Assembly: GCF_009914755.1 (NCBI RefSeq)
Contig: NC_060940.1
Strand: one strand, 5' to 3'
Length of the DNA stretch: 64,000 nt
Source: the human T2T-CHM13v2.0 reference genome, Homo sapiens
Shown here: positions 27,601-43,933 of the stretch, piece after piece
Position numbering within the stretch: position 1 is the first letter of the stretch
Layout of the letters: the number at the start of each line of letters is the position of its first letter
Notes under the pieces: model-generated
The model's input: the letters and a program-made list of their open reading frames with translations, nothing else
The model's database searches: none
What the model was told of the DNA's origin: nothing
Program-made: the position numbers and the translations under genes

Positions 27601-30600
27601 CAATTCGGTGATTTCATTTGATTCCATTCAGTGATGATTCCATTCGACTCCATTCGATGATGATTCCATTCGACTCCATTCGATTATGATTTCATTCAAT
27701 TCCATTCGATAATGATTCCCTTCGAGTCCATTCGATGATTCCATTCGATTCCATTCAACAATGATTTGATTCGTGTCCATTCAATGATTCCATTTGATTC
27801 CACTTGATGATGATTCCATTCGAGTCCATTTGATGATTCCATTCAATTCCATTCTCCGATGATATCTTTTGAGCCCATTCAATGCTTCCACTCGATTCCA
27901 TATGATGATGACTCCATTCGATGAAATTCGATGATGATTCCATTCGCTTGCATTCGATGATGATTCCACTTGTGTCCATTAGAAGATTCTATTCAATTAC
28001 ATTCCATGACGATTCCGTTCGAGTCCATTTGATGATTCCATTAGACTCCATTCGACGATGATTCCATTCGATGTTATTCGATGATTCCATTCGATCTCAT
28101 TCGATGATGATTCCATTCAACTCCATTCGATGTTTCCATTCGAGTTCATTCTATTATTCCATTAGATTCCATTCGATGATGATTCCATTCGATTCCATTT
28201 GATGATTGCATTCTATTTCATTTGATGATGATTCCATTCGAGTCCACTCGATGATTCCATTCGAGTCCATTTAATGAATCCATTGGTTTCAATTCTATGA
28301 TGATTACATTGGATTACATTCGTTGATGACTTCATTCGGTTCCATTCAATGATGATTCCATTCAATTCCTTTCAATGTTTCCATTCAATTCCATACGATG
28401 ATGATTCCATTTGATTTGATTCGACAGTGAGCCATTCGATTCAATTCCATGATGATTCTATTTGATTCAATTGGTTGACATTTCCATTCGATTCCATTCG
28501 ATGATGATTCCCTTTGATTCCATTCAAAGATGATTCCATTCTAGCCCATTCAATCATTCCATTCGATTCTATTCAATGATGATTCCATTCATGTCGATTT
28601 GGTGATTCCATTTGACTTCATTTGATGATGATTCCTTTCAAGTTCATTAGATGATTCCATTCGATTCCATTTGATGATGATCCCATTCGAGTCCATTCAG
28701 TGATTCCACTCGTTTCCATTCCATGATGATTCCATTCCATTCCATTCAATGATTCCATTCGATTGCGTTTGATGATGATTTCATTCGAGTCCATTTGATG
28801 ATTCCATTTGATTCCATTCGATGATGATTCCATTCGAGTCCATTCGATGATTCTATTCGAATCCATTTGATGATTTCTTTTGATTATAGTTGGTGATGAT
28901 TCCATTGGAGTCCATTCAATGATTCCATTCGATTCCAATCGATGGTGATTCCATTAGAGTCCATTTAACGATTCCATTTGATTCCAGTCTCTGATGATTA
29001 CATTCGAGTCCATACGATGATTCCACTCAATTCCATATGATGATGATTCCATTCGATTCCATTCGATGATTCCATTCTATTCTATTCAATGGTGATTCCA
29101 TTCGAGTACATTAGATGATTCCATTCGATTCCATTCAATGATGATTCTATTTGTGTCCCTTAGATGATTCCACATGATTCCATTAGATGATGATACTATT
29201 TCAGCCCATCCAATGATTCCCTTCGATTCCATTCGATGAGGATTCCATTCGATTCAATTCATTGGTGATTCTATTCAATTCAATTCTTTGATTCCATTCC
29301 ATTCCATTCGACAATGATTCCATTCGATTTCTTTCGATGATTCCACTCGATTCCACTTGACATTGATTCCCTTCGATTCCATTCAATGATTCCATTTGAT
29401 TCCAGTGGATGATGATTGCCATCGATTCCATTCGATCACTCCATTCTATTCCATTTGATGATGATTACATTCGATTCCATTTGATGATTCCATCTGATTC
29501 TATTCGAGGATTCCATTTGATTCCATTCGATGATGATTCCATTCGAGTCCATTCGATGATTTCATTCGAGTACATCCAATGATTCCATTCGAGTCCATTT
29601 GATGATTCCATTTGATTCCATTTGATAATGATTCTACTAGAGTCCATTCAATGACTCCATTCGAGTCCATTCAACAATTCCATTCGACTCCATTTGATGA
29701 TTCCATTCGATTCCATTTGATGATTCCATTCGAGTCCATTTAATCATTACAGTCGAGTCCATTTGGTGATTCCACCGGATTTCTTTTGATAATGATACCA
29801 TTCAATTACATTTGATGATGATCCCATTCAATTTCATTTGATGGTGATTCCATTAGAGTCCATTCGATGATTTCATTCGAGTCCCTTCATTGATTCCATC
29901 CGATTTCATTGGATGATGACTCCATTCGAGTCCATTCGATGATTCCACTCGATTCCATTAGATGATTCCATTGGAGTCCATTTGATTGTTCCATTCGATT
30001 CCATTCGATTCCTTTCGAAGATTATTCCATTTGAGTCCATTCGATGATGATTCCATTCCATTCCATTCGATGATTCCGTTTGATTCCATTCGATGATTCC
30101 CTTCGATTCCTTTCTTTGATGATTCCATTCCATTCCATTCAATGATTCCATTCGAATCTATTCCATGATGATTCCTTTCGATTCCATTCGCTGATGTTTC
30201 CGTTCAATTCCATTCGATGATGATTCCATTCGATTCCATTCATTGAGGATTCCATTTGATTCCATTCAATGATGATTCCGTTCTATTCCATTCAATGATT
30301 GCATTCAATTCCATTCAATGATTATCCCCTTAGAGTAAACTCAACGATTCCATTCAATACCATTCGATGATGATTCCTTTTGAGTCCATTCAATGATTTC
30401 ATTCAAGTCCATTTGATGATTCCTTTCAATTCCATTCTATGATGATTCCATTCGAGTCCATTCGATGATTCTATTCGATTGCATTCGATGATTCCATTAT
30501 ATTCCAGTCAACGATGATTCCATTCGAGTCCATTCGATGATTCCATTAGAGTACATTTAATGATTGCTTTGTTTTCAATTCGAAGATGATTACATTGGAT

Positions 30601-32664
30601 TCCATTCTATGATACCATTCGATTCCATTCAATGATGATTCCACTAAAATCCATTGGATGATTCCATTCGTGTCCATTCGGTGATTTCATTAGATTCCAT
30701 TCGAGGATGATTCCATTCGATTCCATTCGATGATTCCATTCAATTCCATTCAATGATGATTCCATTCCAGTCCATATGATCATTCCATTTGATTTCATTC
30801 GATGATGATTCCATTCGATTCCATTCGATGATTCCATTCTATTCCATTCGATGATGATTCCATTCGAGTCCATTCGATGATTCCATTCGAGTCCATTTAA
30901 TGATTCCATTGGGTTCAATTCAATGATGATTACATTGGATTCCGTTCTATGATTCCATTCAATTCCGTTCATTGACAATTTGATTCCATTCGATGATGAT
31001 TCCATTTGAGTTCATTCGATGATTCTATTCGATTCTCTTCGATGGTGATTCAATTCTATTATATTGGATGATTCCATTCGATTCCATTTGATGTTGATTC
31101 AATTCGATTCTATTCGATGATGATTCCATTGGATTTCACTTGATGATTCTATTCGATTCCATTCAATGATGATTCACTTCTCGTCCATTGGATGATTCCA
31201 TTTCATTCCATTCGATGATGATTCCATTCGATTCCATTCGATGATTCCATTTGATTCCATGCGACGGTGAGCAATTCGATTCAATTCCATGATGATTCTA
31301 TTTGATTCAATTAGATGATGTTTCCATTCGAATCCATTCCATGATTATTCCATTGGAATCCATTTGGCGATGATTCCATATGAGTCAATTCAATGATGAT
31401 TCCATATGGGTCCGTTCGATGATAATTCCATTTGATTTCATTCGATGCTTCTATTCTATTCCAGTCGATGATGATTCCGTTGGAGTCCATACGATGATTC
31501 CATTTGATTTCATTTGATGATGATTCCATTCGATGATGATTACATTGGATTCCATTCTATGATTCCATTCAATTCCATTCGTTGATGATTCGATTCCATT
31601 CAATGATGATTCCATTTGAGTTCATTCGATGATTCTATTCGATTCCGTTCGATGGTGATTCAATTCTATTATATTGGATGATTCCACTCGATTCCATTTG
31701 ATGATTATTCCATTGGAGTCCACTTAGTGAATCCTTTAGATTCTACTCGACGATGATTCCATTCGAGTCCATTCCATGATACCATTCAATTTCATTCGTT
31801 GATGCTTCCATTCAAGTGCATTCGATGATATCATTCGATTCCATTTGATGATAATTCCATTTGATTCCGTGCGATGATTCTATTCGATTCCATTCAATGA
31901 TAATTCCATTCAATTCAGTGATTCCTCTGGACTCCATTTGATGATGATTCCATTCAATGATTCCATTCGATTCTATTCCAAAATGATTCCATTTGAATCC
32001 ATTTGATGATGATTCCATTAGATTCCATTTGATGATTCCATTCGATTGCATTTGACGATGATTCCATTCGATTCCATTTGATGATTCCATTCTATTCTAT
32101 TCGATGATGATTCCATTCGATTCCATTTGATGATGATTGGATTCGATTCCATTTGATGATTTCATTTGATTCCATTCGTTAATGATTTCGATCAACTCCA
32201 TCCGTTGATTCCATTTGATTCCATTCGATAATGATTACATCCGAGTCCACTCGATGATTCCATTTGAGCCCGTTCGATAATTCCATTTGAGTCCAATCAA
32301 TGATTCCATTCATTTCCATTCAATGATTCCATTCGAGTCCATTTGATCATTCTGGTAGGGTCCGTTCGATGTTGATTCCATTGGAGTGCATTCGATGATT
32401 CCATTCGAGTCCATTTTAGGATTTGATTCGAGTCCTTTCGATGATTCCATTCGATTCCACTCGATGATGATTTCATTCGAGTCCATTCGACACTTCCAAT
32501 CGATTCCATTTGATGTTTCCATTCGAGTCCAATTGATGATTCCATTCAATTCCATTCGATGATGATTCCGTACGATTCCATTCTGTGATGATTCCATGTG
32601 ATTGCATTCCATGATGATTCCTTTCGATTGCATTCGATTATGATTCATTTCGTGTTCATTCTAT
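24615..32664 (+). repeat. 8050-bp type A1 unit = 6112 + 1938-bp internal tandem duplication
   Basis: ORF offsets 25187/27125 and 25323/27261 are 1938, and 26605/28618 is 2013. Junction at 27080-27090. Confidence 0.88.
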
Positions 32665-35600
32665 GGTTCCACAGGTTACCATTCGATGACGTTTCCGTTC
32701 GTGTCCATTCCATTATTCCATTCTATTTCATTTGATGATGATTCCATTCGATTCCATTCATTGGTGATTCCACTCAATTCCATTCAATGATTCCATTCCA
32801 TTTCTTTCAACAATGATTCCATTAGTTTCTATTCGATGATCCACTTGATTCCATTTGGCGATGATTCCATTCGTGTCCATTCGATGATTCCATTTGATTC
32901 CATATGATGATGATTCCATTCGATTCCATACCATGATGATTCCATTCGAGTCCATTCAATGGTGATTCCATTCAATTCCATTCGATGATTCCTTCCGATT
33001 CCATTCGATGATGATGGCATTCGATTCCTTTCAATCATTCCCTTTGATTCCATTCAAAGGTGATTTCATTCAAGTCCATTCGATAATTGCATTCGATTCC
33101 ATTCTATGATGATTCCATTCGAGTCCATTTGATGATTCCATTCAATTCAAGTCAATGATGATTCCATTCAATTCCACTCGATGATTCCATTGGATTCCAT
33201 TCGATGATGATTCCATTCAAATCCATTCGATAATTCAATTCAAGTCCATTCGATGATGATTCCAATCGAATCCATTCAAAGATTCCATTCAATTCCATTC
33301 GATGATGATTCCCTTAGATTCCATTCGATGATTCCACTTGATTCCATTTACGATGATTCCATTCGATTCCATGTGATGAATCCATTCAATTCTATTCAAT
33401 GATGTTTCCATTTGATTCCATTGGACCATGATTGCCTTTGATTCCATTCAATGATTCCATTCGGTTCCATTTGATGATGATTCCGTTCGATTCCATTTCA
33501 TTATTCCATTTGATTCCATTGGATGAGTCCATTCGATTACATTCGATGATTATTCCATTCGAGTGCATTAGATGATTGCATTCGAGTCCATTCGATGATT
33601 CCATTCGATTCCATTCGATGTTGATTCTGTTCAAATCCATTCGATGATTCCACTCGATTCCAATCGATGACTCCATTTGATCCCATTCGATGATTTCCTG
33701 TGATTCCCTTTGATGATCATTCTATTTGATTCAATTCGGTGATTTCATTTCATTCCATTCAGTGATGTTTCCATTCGACTGTATTCGATGATGATTCCAT
33801 TCGACTCCATTCGATTATGATTTCATTCAATTCCATTCAACAATGATTCCCTTCGAGTCCATTCGATGATTCCATTCGATTCCATTCAACGATGATTTGA
33901 TTCGTTTCCATTCGATGATTCCATTTGATTCCACTTGATGATGATTCCATTCGAGTCCATTTGATGATTCCATTCGAGTCTTTTTATGTATTATATTCTT
34001 GTCCACTTCATGATTCCATTCAATTCCATTTAATGTTGATTCCATTTGATTCCATTTGATGATTCAGTTCGATTCCTTGCAATGATTCCCTACGATTCCT
34101 TTCTCTGATGATTCCATTCGATTCCATTCATTGATGATTTCATTCGACTCCATTCGATGATGATTCCTTTCGATTCCATTTGACGATGTTTCCATTCGAG
34201 TCCATTCGATGATGATTCTATTCAATTCTGTTCTATTATGATTCCATTCGATTTCATTCAATGCTTCTATTTGATTCCATTCGATGATGATTCCATCTCT
34301 TTCCCTTCGATGATTCCATTTGATTCCATTCAGTGATGATTCCATTTGATTCCATCTGATGATGATTTCACTTGATTCCTTTCAATGATGATTCAATTCA
34401 AGTCCATTCGATGATTCCATTGGAGTCCAAACGATCATTCCGTTCGATTCCATTCAATGGTGATTCCATTCATGTCCATTCGATGAATCCATTCAATTCC
34501 ATTCGATGATGACTCCATTCGAGTACATTCGATGATTCCATTTGATTCCATTTGAAGATGATTCCATTCAATTCCATTCGAAGATGATTCCATTCAATTC
34601 CATTCGATGATGATTCCGTATGAATCCATTCTCTGATTATTCCATTCGATTCCATTCATTGACGATTCCATTCAATTCCATTCAATGATGATTCTCTTCT
34701 ATTCCATTCGATGATTCCGGTCGATTCCATTCGATGATGATTCCATTAGATTCCATTCGATTGTTGCATTCGATTCCCTTCGATGATGATTCCTTTGAAT
34801 TCCATTCGATTATCATTCCGTATGAATCCATTTGATGATTATTCCATTGGATTCCTTTCGATGATGATTCCATTCGATTCCATTTGATGATGTTTCTCTT
34901 GTATTCCATTGGATAATTCCTTTCAGTTCCCTTCGATGATTATTCTTTCGAGTCAATTCGATGATTCTATTCCATTCCCTTCGATGATGATTCCATTTCA
35001 CTCCATTTGATGATTCCATTCGACTCAATTTGGTGATGATTCAATTCGATGACATTCGATGACTCCATTCAATTTCATTTGATGATGATTACATTCGAGT
35101 CCATTTGATGATTGTATTCCTTTCCTTTTGATGATTATTCCATTCGTGTCTATTCAAAGGTTCCATTCTATTCCATTCAATGATGATTGCATTTGATTCC
35201 ATTCAATGATTATGGCTATCGATTCCACTCGTTGATTCCATTTGATTCCGTTCGATGATTATTCCGTTAGATTCCATTAGAAGATTCCATTCGATTTTAT
35301 TCAATGATTCCAATGGATTCCATTCAATGATGATTCCATTCGACTCCATTCAGTGATTCCATTCGAGTCCATTTGATGATTCCATTCTTTTCCATTTGAT
35401 GATGATTCCATTAGGGTCCATTCAATGATTCCATTCGAGTCCATTCGTTAATGCCTTTCGAGTCCTTTTGATCACTACATTCGAGTCCATTCAATGATTC
35501 TATTCGATTCCATTCCATGATGATTCCATTCGAGTTCATTCGATGATTGCATTCGAGTCCATTTGATGATTCCATAGGATTCCCTTCGACAATGATTCCA

Positions 35601-36778
35601 TTCGTGTCCATTTGATGATTCCATTCATTTCCTATCGATGAAGATTCCATTCAAGTGTATTCGATGATTCCATTCAAATCCATTCGATGATGATTCCATT
35701 CCAGTCCATTCGATCATTCCACTTGATTCCATTTGATGACTATTCCATTCAAATCCATTTGATGATTCCATTCGATTCCATTCGATGTTACCATTCGAGT
35801 ATATACGATGATTCCACTCGATTCCATTTGATGATTATTCCATTGGAGTCCACTTAGTGAATCCTTTAGATTCTACTGGAAGATGATTCCATTCGAGTCC
35901 ATTCGATGATACCATTCAATTCCATTCGTTGATGCTTCCATTCAAGTGCATTCGATGATATCATTCGATTCCATTTGATGATAATTCCATTTGATTCCAT
36001 GCGATGATTCTATTCGATTCCATTCAATGATAATACCATTCAATTCAGTGATTCCTCTGGACTCCATTTGATGATGATTCCATTCAATGATTCCATTCGA
36101 TTCTATTCGAAAATGATTCCATTTGAATCCATTTGATGATGATTCCATTGGATTCCATTTGATGATTCCATTCGATTCCATTCGATGATGATTCCATTCG
36201 ATTCCTTTTGATGATTCCATTCTATTGTATTCGATGATGATTCCATTCGATTCCATTCGATGATGATTGGATTCGATTCCATTTGATTCCATTCGATAAT
36301 GATTTCGATCAATTCCATTCGATGATTCCATTCGATTCCATTCGATAATGATTACATCCGAGTCCATTCGATGATTCCATTTGAGCCCGTTCGATAATTC
36401 CATTTGAGTCCAATCAATGATTCCATTCATTTCCATTCAATGATTCCATTCGAGTCCATTTGATCATTCCGGTAGGGTCCGTTCGATGTTGATTCCATTG
36501 GAGTGCATTCGATGATTCCATTCGAGTCCATTTTAGGATTTGATTCGAGTCCTTTCGATGATTCCATTCGATTCCACTCGATGATTTCATTCGAGTCCAT
36601 TCGACACTTCCAATCGATTCCATTTGATGATTCCATTCGAGTCCAATTGATGATTCCATTCAATTCCATTCGATGATGATTCCGTACGATTCCATTCTGT
36701 GATGATTCCATGTGATTGCATTCAATGATGATTCCTTTCGATTGCATTCGATTATGATTCATTTCGTGTTCATTCTAT
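32665..36778 (+). repeat. 4114-bp type B unit (B-specific segment 33976-35806)
   Basis: Offset 18020 from the 14645 unit (ORFs 16450/34470, 17922/35942). It shares the GAT deletion and the TAATACCATT variant with that unit. Confidence 0.9.
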
Positions 36779-39700
36779 GGTTCCACAGGTTTCCATTCGA
36801 TGATGTTTCCATTCGTGTCCATTCCATTATTCCATTCTATTCCATTTGAAGATGATTCCATTCGATTCCATTCATTGGTGATTCCACTCAATTCCATTCA
36901 ATGATTCCATTCCATTTCTTTCAACAATGATTCCATTAGTTTCTATTCGATGATCCACTTGATTCCATTTGACGATGATTCCATTCGTGTCCATTCGATG
37001 ATTCCATTTGATTCCATATGATGATGATTCCATTCGATTCCATACGATGATGATTCCATTCGAGTCCATTCAATGGTGATTCCATTCAATTCCATTCGAT
37101 GATTCCTTTCGATTCCATTCAATGATGATGGCATTCGATTCCTTTCGATCATTCCCTTTGATTCCATTCAAAGGTGATTTCATTCAAGTCCATTCGATAA
37201 TTGCATTCGATTCCATTCTATGATGATTCCATTCGAGTCCATTTGATGATTCCATTCAATTCAAGTCAATGATGATTCCATTCGATTCCACTCGATGATT
37301 CCATTGGATTCCATTCGATGATGATTCCATTCAAATCCATTCGATAATTCAATTCAAGTCCATTCGATGATGATTCCAATCGAATCCATTCAAAGATTCC
37401 ACTCAATTCCATTCGATGATGATTCCCTTAGATTCCATTCGATGATTCCACTTGATTCCATTTACGATGATTCCATTCGATTCCATGTGATGATTCCATT
37501 CAATTCTATTCAATGATGTTTCCACTTGATTCCATTCGAACATGATTGCCTTTGATTCCATTCAATGATTCCATACGGTTCCATTTGATGATGATTCCAT
37601 TGGAGTGCATTAGATGATTCCATCCGAGTCCATTTGATGATTCCATTCGATTCCATTCGATGTTGATTCTGTTCAAATCCATTCGATGATTCCACTCGAT
37701 TCCATTCGATGACTCCATTTGATCCCATTCGATGATTTCCTTTGATTCCCTTTGATGATCATTCCATTTGATTCAATTCGGTGATTTCATTTGATTCCAT
37801 TCAGTGATGTTTCCATTCAACTCCTTTCGATGATGATTCCATTCGACTCCATTCGATTATGACTTCATTCAATTCCATTCGATAATGATTCCCTTCAAGT
37901 CCATTCGATGATTCCATTCGATTCCATTCAACGATGATTTGATTCGTGTCCATTCGATGATTCCATTTGATTCCATTTGATGATGATTCCATTCGAGTCC
38001 CTTTGATGATTCCATTCAATTCCATTCTCCGATGATTTCTTTTGAGCCCATTCAATGCTTCCACTCGATTCCATATGATGATGACTCCATTTGATGAAAT
38101 TCCATGATGATTCCATTCGCTTGCATTCGATGATGATTCCACTTGAGTCCGTTAGAAGATTCTATTCAATTACATTCCATGACGATTCTGTTCGAGTCCA
38201 TTTGATGATTCCATTAGACTCCATTCGACGATGATTCCATTCGATGTTATTCGATGATGATTCCATTCAACTCCATTCGATGTTTCCATTCGAGGTCATT
38301 CTATTATTCCATTAGATTCCATTCGATGATGATTCCATTCGATTCCATTTGATGATTGCATTCTATTTCATTTGATGATGATTCCATTCGAGTCCATTCG
38401 ATGATTCCATTCGAGTCTATTTAATGAATCCATTGGTTTCAATTCTATGATGATTACATTGGATTCCATTCGTTGATGATTTCATTCGATTCCATTCAAT
38501 GATGATTCCATTCAATTCCATTCAATGATTCCATTCAATTCCATGCGATGATGATTCCATTTGATTTGATTCGACAGTGAGCCATTCGATTCAATTCCAT
38601 GATGATTCTATTTTATTCAATTGGTTGACATTTCCATTCGATTCCATTCGATGATGATTCCCTTTGATTCCATTCAAAGCTGATTCCATTCTAGCCCATT
38701 CAATCATTCCATTCGATTCTATTCAATGATGATTCCATTCATGTCGATTTGGTGATTCCATTTGACTTCATTTGATGATGATTCTTGTCAAGTTCATTTG
38801 ATGATTCCATTCGATTCCATTTGATGATGATCCCATTCGAGTCCATTTGATGATTCCACTCGTTTCCATTCCATGATGATTCCATTCCATTCCATTCAAT
38901 GATTCCATTCGATTCCGTTTGATGATGATTTCATTCGAGTCGATTTGATGATTCCATTTGATTCCATTCGATGATGATTACATTCGACTCCATACGATGA
39001 TTCCACTCAATTCCATATGATGATGATTCCATTCGATTCCATTCGATGATTCCACTTGATTCCATTTACGATGATTCCATTCTATTCCATGTGATGATTC
39101 CATTCAGTTCTATTCAATGCTGTTTCCATTTGATTCCATTCGACCATGATTGCCTTTGATTCCATTCAATGACTCCATTCGGTTCCTTTTGATGATGATT
39201 CCATTCGATTCCATTTCATTATTCCATTTGATTCCATTGGATGAGTCCATTCGATTACATTCGATGATTATTCCATTCGAGTGCATTAGATGATTCCATT
39301 CGAGTCCATTCGATGATTCCATTCGATTCCATTCGATGTTGATTCTGTTCAAATCCATTCGATGATTCCACTCGATTCCATTCGATGACTCCAGTTGATC
39401 CCATTCGATGATTTCCTTTGATTCCCTTTGATGATCATTCCATTTGATTCAATTCGGTGATTTCATTTGATTCCATTCAGTGATGTTTCCATTCGACTCC
39501 ATTCGATGATGATTCCATTCGACTCCATTCGATTATGATTTCATTCAATTCCATTCGATAATGATTCCCTTCGAGTCCATTCGATGATTCCATTCGATTC
39601 CATTCAACGATGATTTGATTCGTGTCCATTCGATGATTCCATTTGATTCCACTTGATGATGATTCCATTCGAGTCCATTTGATGATTCCATTCAATTCCA

Positions 39701-42700
39701 TTCTCCGATGATTTCTTTTGAGCCCATTCAATGCTTCCACTCGATTCCATATGATGATGACCCCATTCGATGAAATTCGATGATGATTCCCTTTGATTCC
39801 ATTCAAAGATGATTCCATTCTAGCCCATTCAATCATTCCATTCGATTCTATTCAATGATGATTCCATTCATGTCGATTTGGTGATTCCATTTGACTTCAT
39901 TTGATGATGATTCCTTTCAAGTTCATTAGATGATTCCATTCGATTCCATTTGATGATGATCCCATTGGAGTCCATTCAGTGATTCCATTCGTTTCCATTC
40001 CATGATGATTCCATTCCATTCCATTCAATGATTCCATTCGATTCCGTTTGATGATGATTTCATTCGAGTCCATTTGATGATTCCATTGGATTCCATTCGA
40101 TGATGATTCCATTCGAGTCCATTCGATGATTCTATTCGAATCCATTTGATGATTTCTTTTGATTATAGTTGGTGATGATTCCATTGGAGTCCATTCAATG
40201 ATTCCATTCGATTCCAATCGATGGTGATTCCATTAGAGTCCATTTAACGATTCCATTTGATTCCAGTCTCTGATGATTACATTCGAGTCCATACGATGAT
40301 TCCACTCAATTCCATATGATGATGATTCCATTCTATTCCATTCGATGATTCCATTCTATTCTATTCAATGGTGATTCCATTCGAGTACATTAGATGATTC
40401 CATTCGATTCCATTCAATGATGATTCTATTTGTGTCCCTTAGATGGTTCCACATGATTCCATTTCATGATGATACTATTTGAGCCCATCCAATGATTCCC
40501 TTCGATTCCATTCGATGAGGATTCCATTCGATTCAATTCATTGGTGATTCTATTCAATTCAATTCTTTGATTCCATTCCATTCCATTCGACAATGATTCC
40601 ATTCGATTTCTTTCGATGATTCCACTCGATTCCACTTGACATTGATTCCATTCGATTCCATTCAATGATTCCGTTTGATTCCAGTGGATGATGATTGCCG
40701 TCGATTCCATTCGATCACTCCATTCTATTCCATTTGATGATGATTACATTCGATTCCATTTGATGATTCCATCTGATTCTATTCGAGGATTCCATTTGAT
40801 TCCATTCGATGATGATTCCATTCGAGTGCATTCGATGATTTCATTCGAGTACATCCAATGATTCCATTCGAGTCCATTTGATGATTCCATTTGATTCCAT
40901 TTGATTATGATTCTACTAGAGTCCATTCAATGACTCCATTCGAATCCATTCAACAATTCCATTCGAGGCCATTCGATGATTCCATTTCATGATTCCATTC
41001 GAGTCCATTTAATCATTACAGTCGAGTCCATTTGGTGATTCCACTGGATTTCTTTTGATAATGATACCATTCAATTACATTTGATGATGATCCCATTCAA
41101 TTTCATTTGATGGTGATTCCATTAGAGTCCATTTGATGATTTCATTCGAGTCCCTTCATTGATTCCATCCGATTTCATTGGATGATGACTCCATTCGAGT
41201 CCATTCGATGATTCCACTCGATTCCATTAAATGATTCCATTGGAGTCCATTTGATTGTTCCATTCGATTCCATTCGATTCCTTTCGAAGATTATTCCATT
41301 TGAGTCCATTCGATGATGATTCCATTCCATTCCATTCGATGATTCCGTTTGATTCCATTCGATGATTCCCTTCGATTCCATTCTTTGATGATTCCATTCC
41401 ATTCCATTCAATGATTCCATTCGAATCTATTCCATGATGATTCCTTTCGATTCCATTCGCTGATGTTTCCGTTCAATTCCATTCGATGATGATTCCATTC
41501 GATTCCATTCATTGAGGATTCCATTTGATTCCATTCAATGATGATTCCATTCTATTCCATTCAATGATTGCATTCAATTCCATTCAATGATTATCCCATT
41601 AGAGTAAACTCAACGATTCCATTCAATACCATTCGATGATGATTCCTTTTGAGTCCATTCAATGATTTCATTCAAGTCCATTTGATGATTCCTTTCAATT
41701 CCATTCTATGATGATTCCATTCGAGTCCATTCGATGATTCCATTCGATTGCATTCGATGATTCCATTATATTCCATTCAACGATGATTCCATTCGAGTCC
41801 ATTCGATGATTCCATTAGAGTACATTTAATGATTGCTTTGTTTTCAATTCGAAGATGATTACATTCGATTCCATTCTATGATACCATTCGATTCCATTCA
41901 ATGATGATTCCTCTCAAATCCATTGGATGATTCCATTCGTGTCCATTCGGTGATTTCATTAGATTCCATTCGAGGATGATTCCATTCGATTCCATTCGAT
42001 GATTCCATTCAATTCCATTCGATGATGATTCCATTCCAGTCCATATGATCATTCCATTTGATTTCATTCGATGATGATTCCATTCGATTCCATTCGATGA
42101 TTCCATTCTATTCCATTCGATGATGATTCCATTCGAGTCCATTCGATGATTCCATTCGAGTCCATTTAATGATTCCATTGGGTTCAATTCAATGATGATT
42201 ACATTGGATTCCGTTCTATGATTCCATTCAATTCCGTTCATTGACTATTTGATTCCATTCGATGATGATTCCATTTGAGTTCATTCGATGATTCTATTCG
42301 ATTCTCTTCGATGGTGATTCAATTCTATTATATTGGATGATTCCATTCGATTCCATTTGATGTTGATTTAATTCGATTCTATTCGATGATGATTCCATTG
42401 GATTTCACTTGATGATTCTATTCGATTCCATTCAATGATGATTCACTTCTCGTCCATTGGATGATTCCATTTCATTCCATTCGATGATGATTCCATTCGA
42501 TTCCATTCGATGATTCCATTTGATTCCATGCGTCGGTGAGCAATTCGATTCAATTCCATGATGATTCTATTTGATTCAATTAGATGATGTTTCCATTCGA
42601 ATCCATTCCATGATTATTCCATTGGAATCCATTCGGTGATGATTCCATATGAGTCAATTCAATGATGATTCCATATGGGTCCGTTCGATGATAATTCCAT

Positions 42701-43933
42701 TTGATTTCATTCGGTACTTCTATTCAATTCCAGTCGATGATGATTCCGTTGGAGTCCATACGATGATTCCATTTGATTTCATTTGATGATGATTCCATTC
42801 GATGATGATTACATTGGATTCCATTCTATGATTCCATTCAATTCCATTCGTTGATGATTCGATTCCATTCAATGATGATTCTATTTGAGTTCATTCGATG
42901 ATTCTATTCGATTCCGTTCGATGGTGATTCAATTCTCTTATATTGGATGAATCCACTCGATACCATTTGATGATTATTCCATTGGAGTCCACTTAGTGAA
43001 TCCTTCAGATTCTACTCGAAGATGATTCCATTCAAGTCCATTCGATGATACCATTCAATTCCATTCGTTGATGCTTCCATTCAAGTGCATTCGATGATAT
43101 CATTCGATTCCATTTGATGATAATTCCATTTGATTCCATGCGATGATTCTATTCGATTCCATTCAATGATAATTCCATTCAGTTCAGTGATTCCTCTGGA
43201 CTCCATTTGATGATGATTCCATTGAATGATTCCATTTGATTCTATTCGAAAATGATTCCATTTGAATCCATTTGATGATGATTCCATTAGATTCCATTTG
43301 ATGATTCCATTCGATTCCATGCGACGATGATTCCATTCGATTCCATTTGATGATTCCATTCTATTCTATTCGATGATGATTCCATTCGATTCCATTCGAT
43401 GATGATTGGATTCGATTCCATTTGATGATTTCAATTGATTCCATTCGTTAATGATTTCGATCAATTCCATTCGATGATTCCATTCGATTCCATTCGATAA
43501 TGATTACATCCGTGTCCATTCAATGATTCCATTTGAGCCTGTTCGATAATTCCATTTGTGTCCAACCAATGATTCCATTCATTTCCATTCAATGATTCCA
43601 TTCGAGTCCATTTGATCATTCCGGTAGGGTCCATTCGATGTTGATTCCATTGGAGTGCATTCGATGATTCCATTCGAGTCCATTTTATGATTTGATTCGA
43701 GTCCTTTCGATGATTCCATTCGATTCCACTCGATGATGATTTCATTCGAGTCCATTCGACACTTCCAATCGATTCCATTTGATGTTTCCATTCGAGTCCA
43801 ATTGATGATTCCATTCAATTCCATTCGATGATGATTCCGTACGATTCCATTCTGTGATGATTCCCTGTGATTCCATTCAATGATGATTCCTTTAGATTGC
43901 ATTCGATTGTGATTCATTTCGTCTTCATTCTAT
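36779..43933 (+). repeat. 7155-bp unit = A2 (5856) + 1299-bp A1-derived insert at ~39035-40333
   Basis: The offset to the 18759 unit changes from 18020 (19781/37801) to 19319 (21107/40426). Junction at 39035-39054. Confidence 0.85.
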
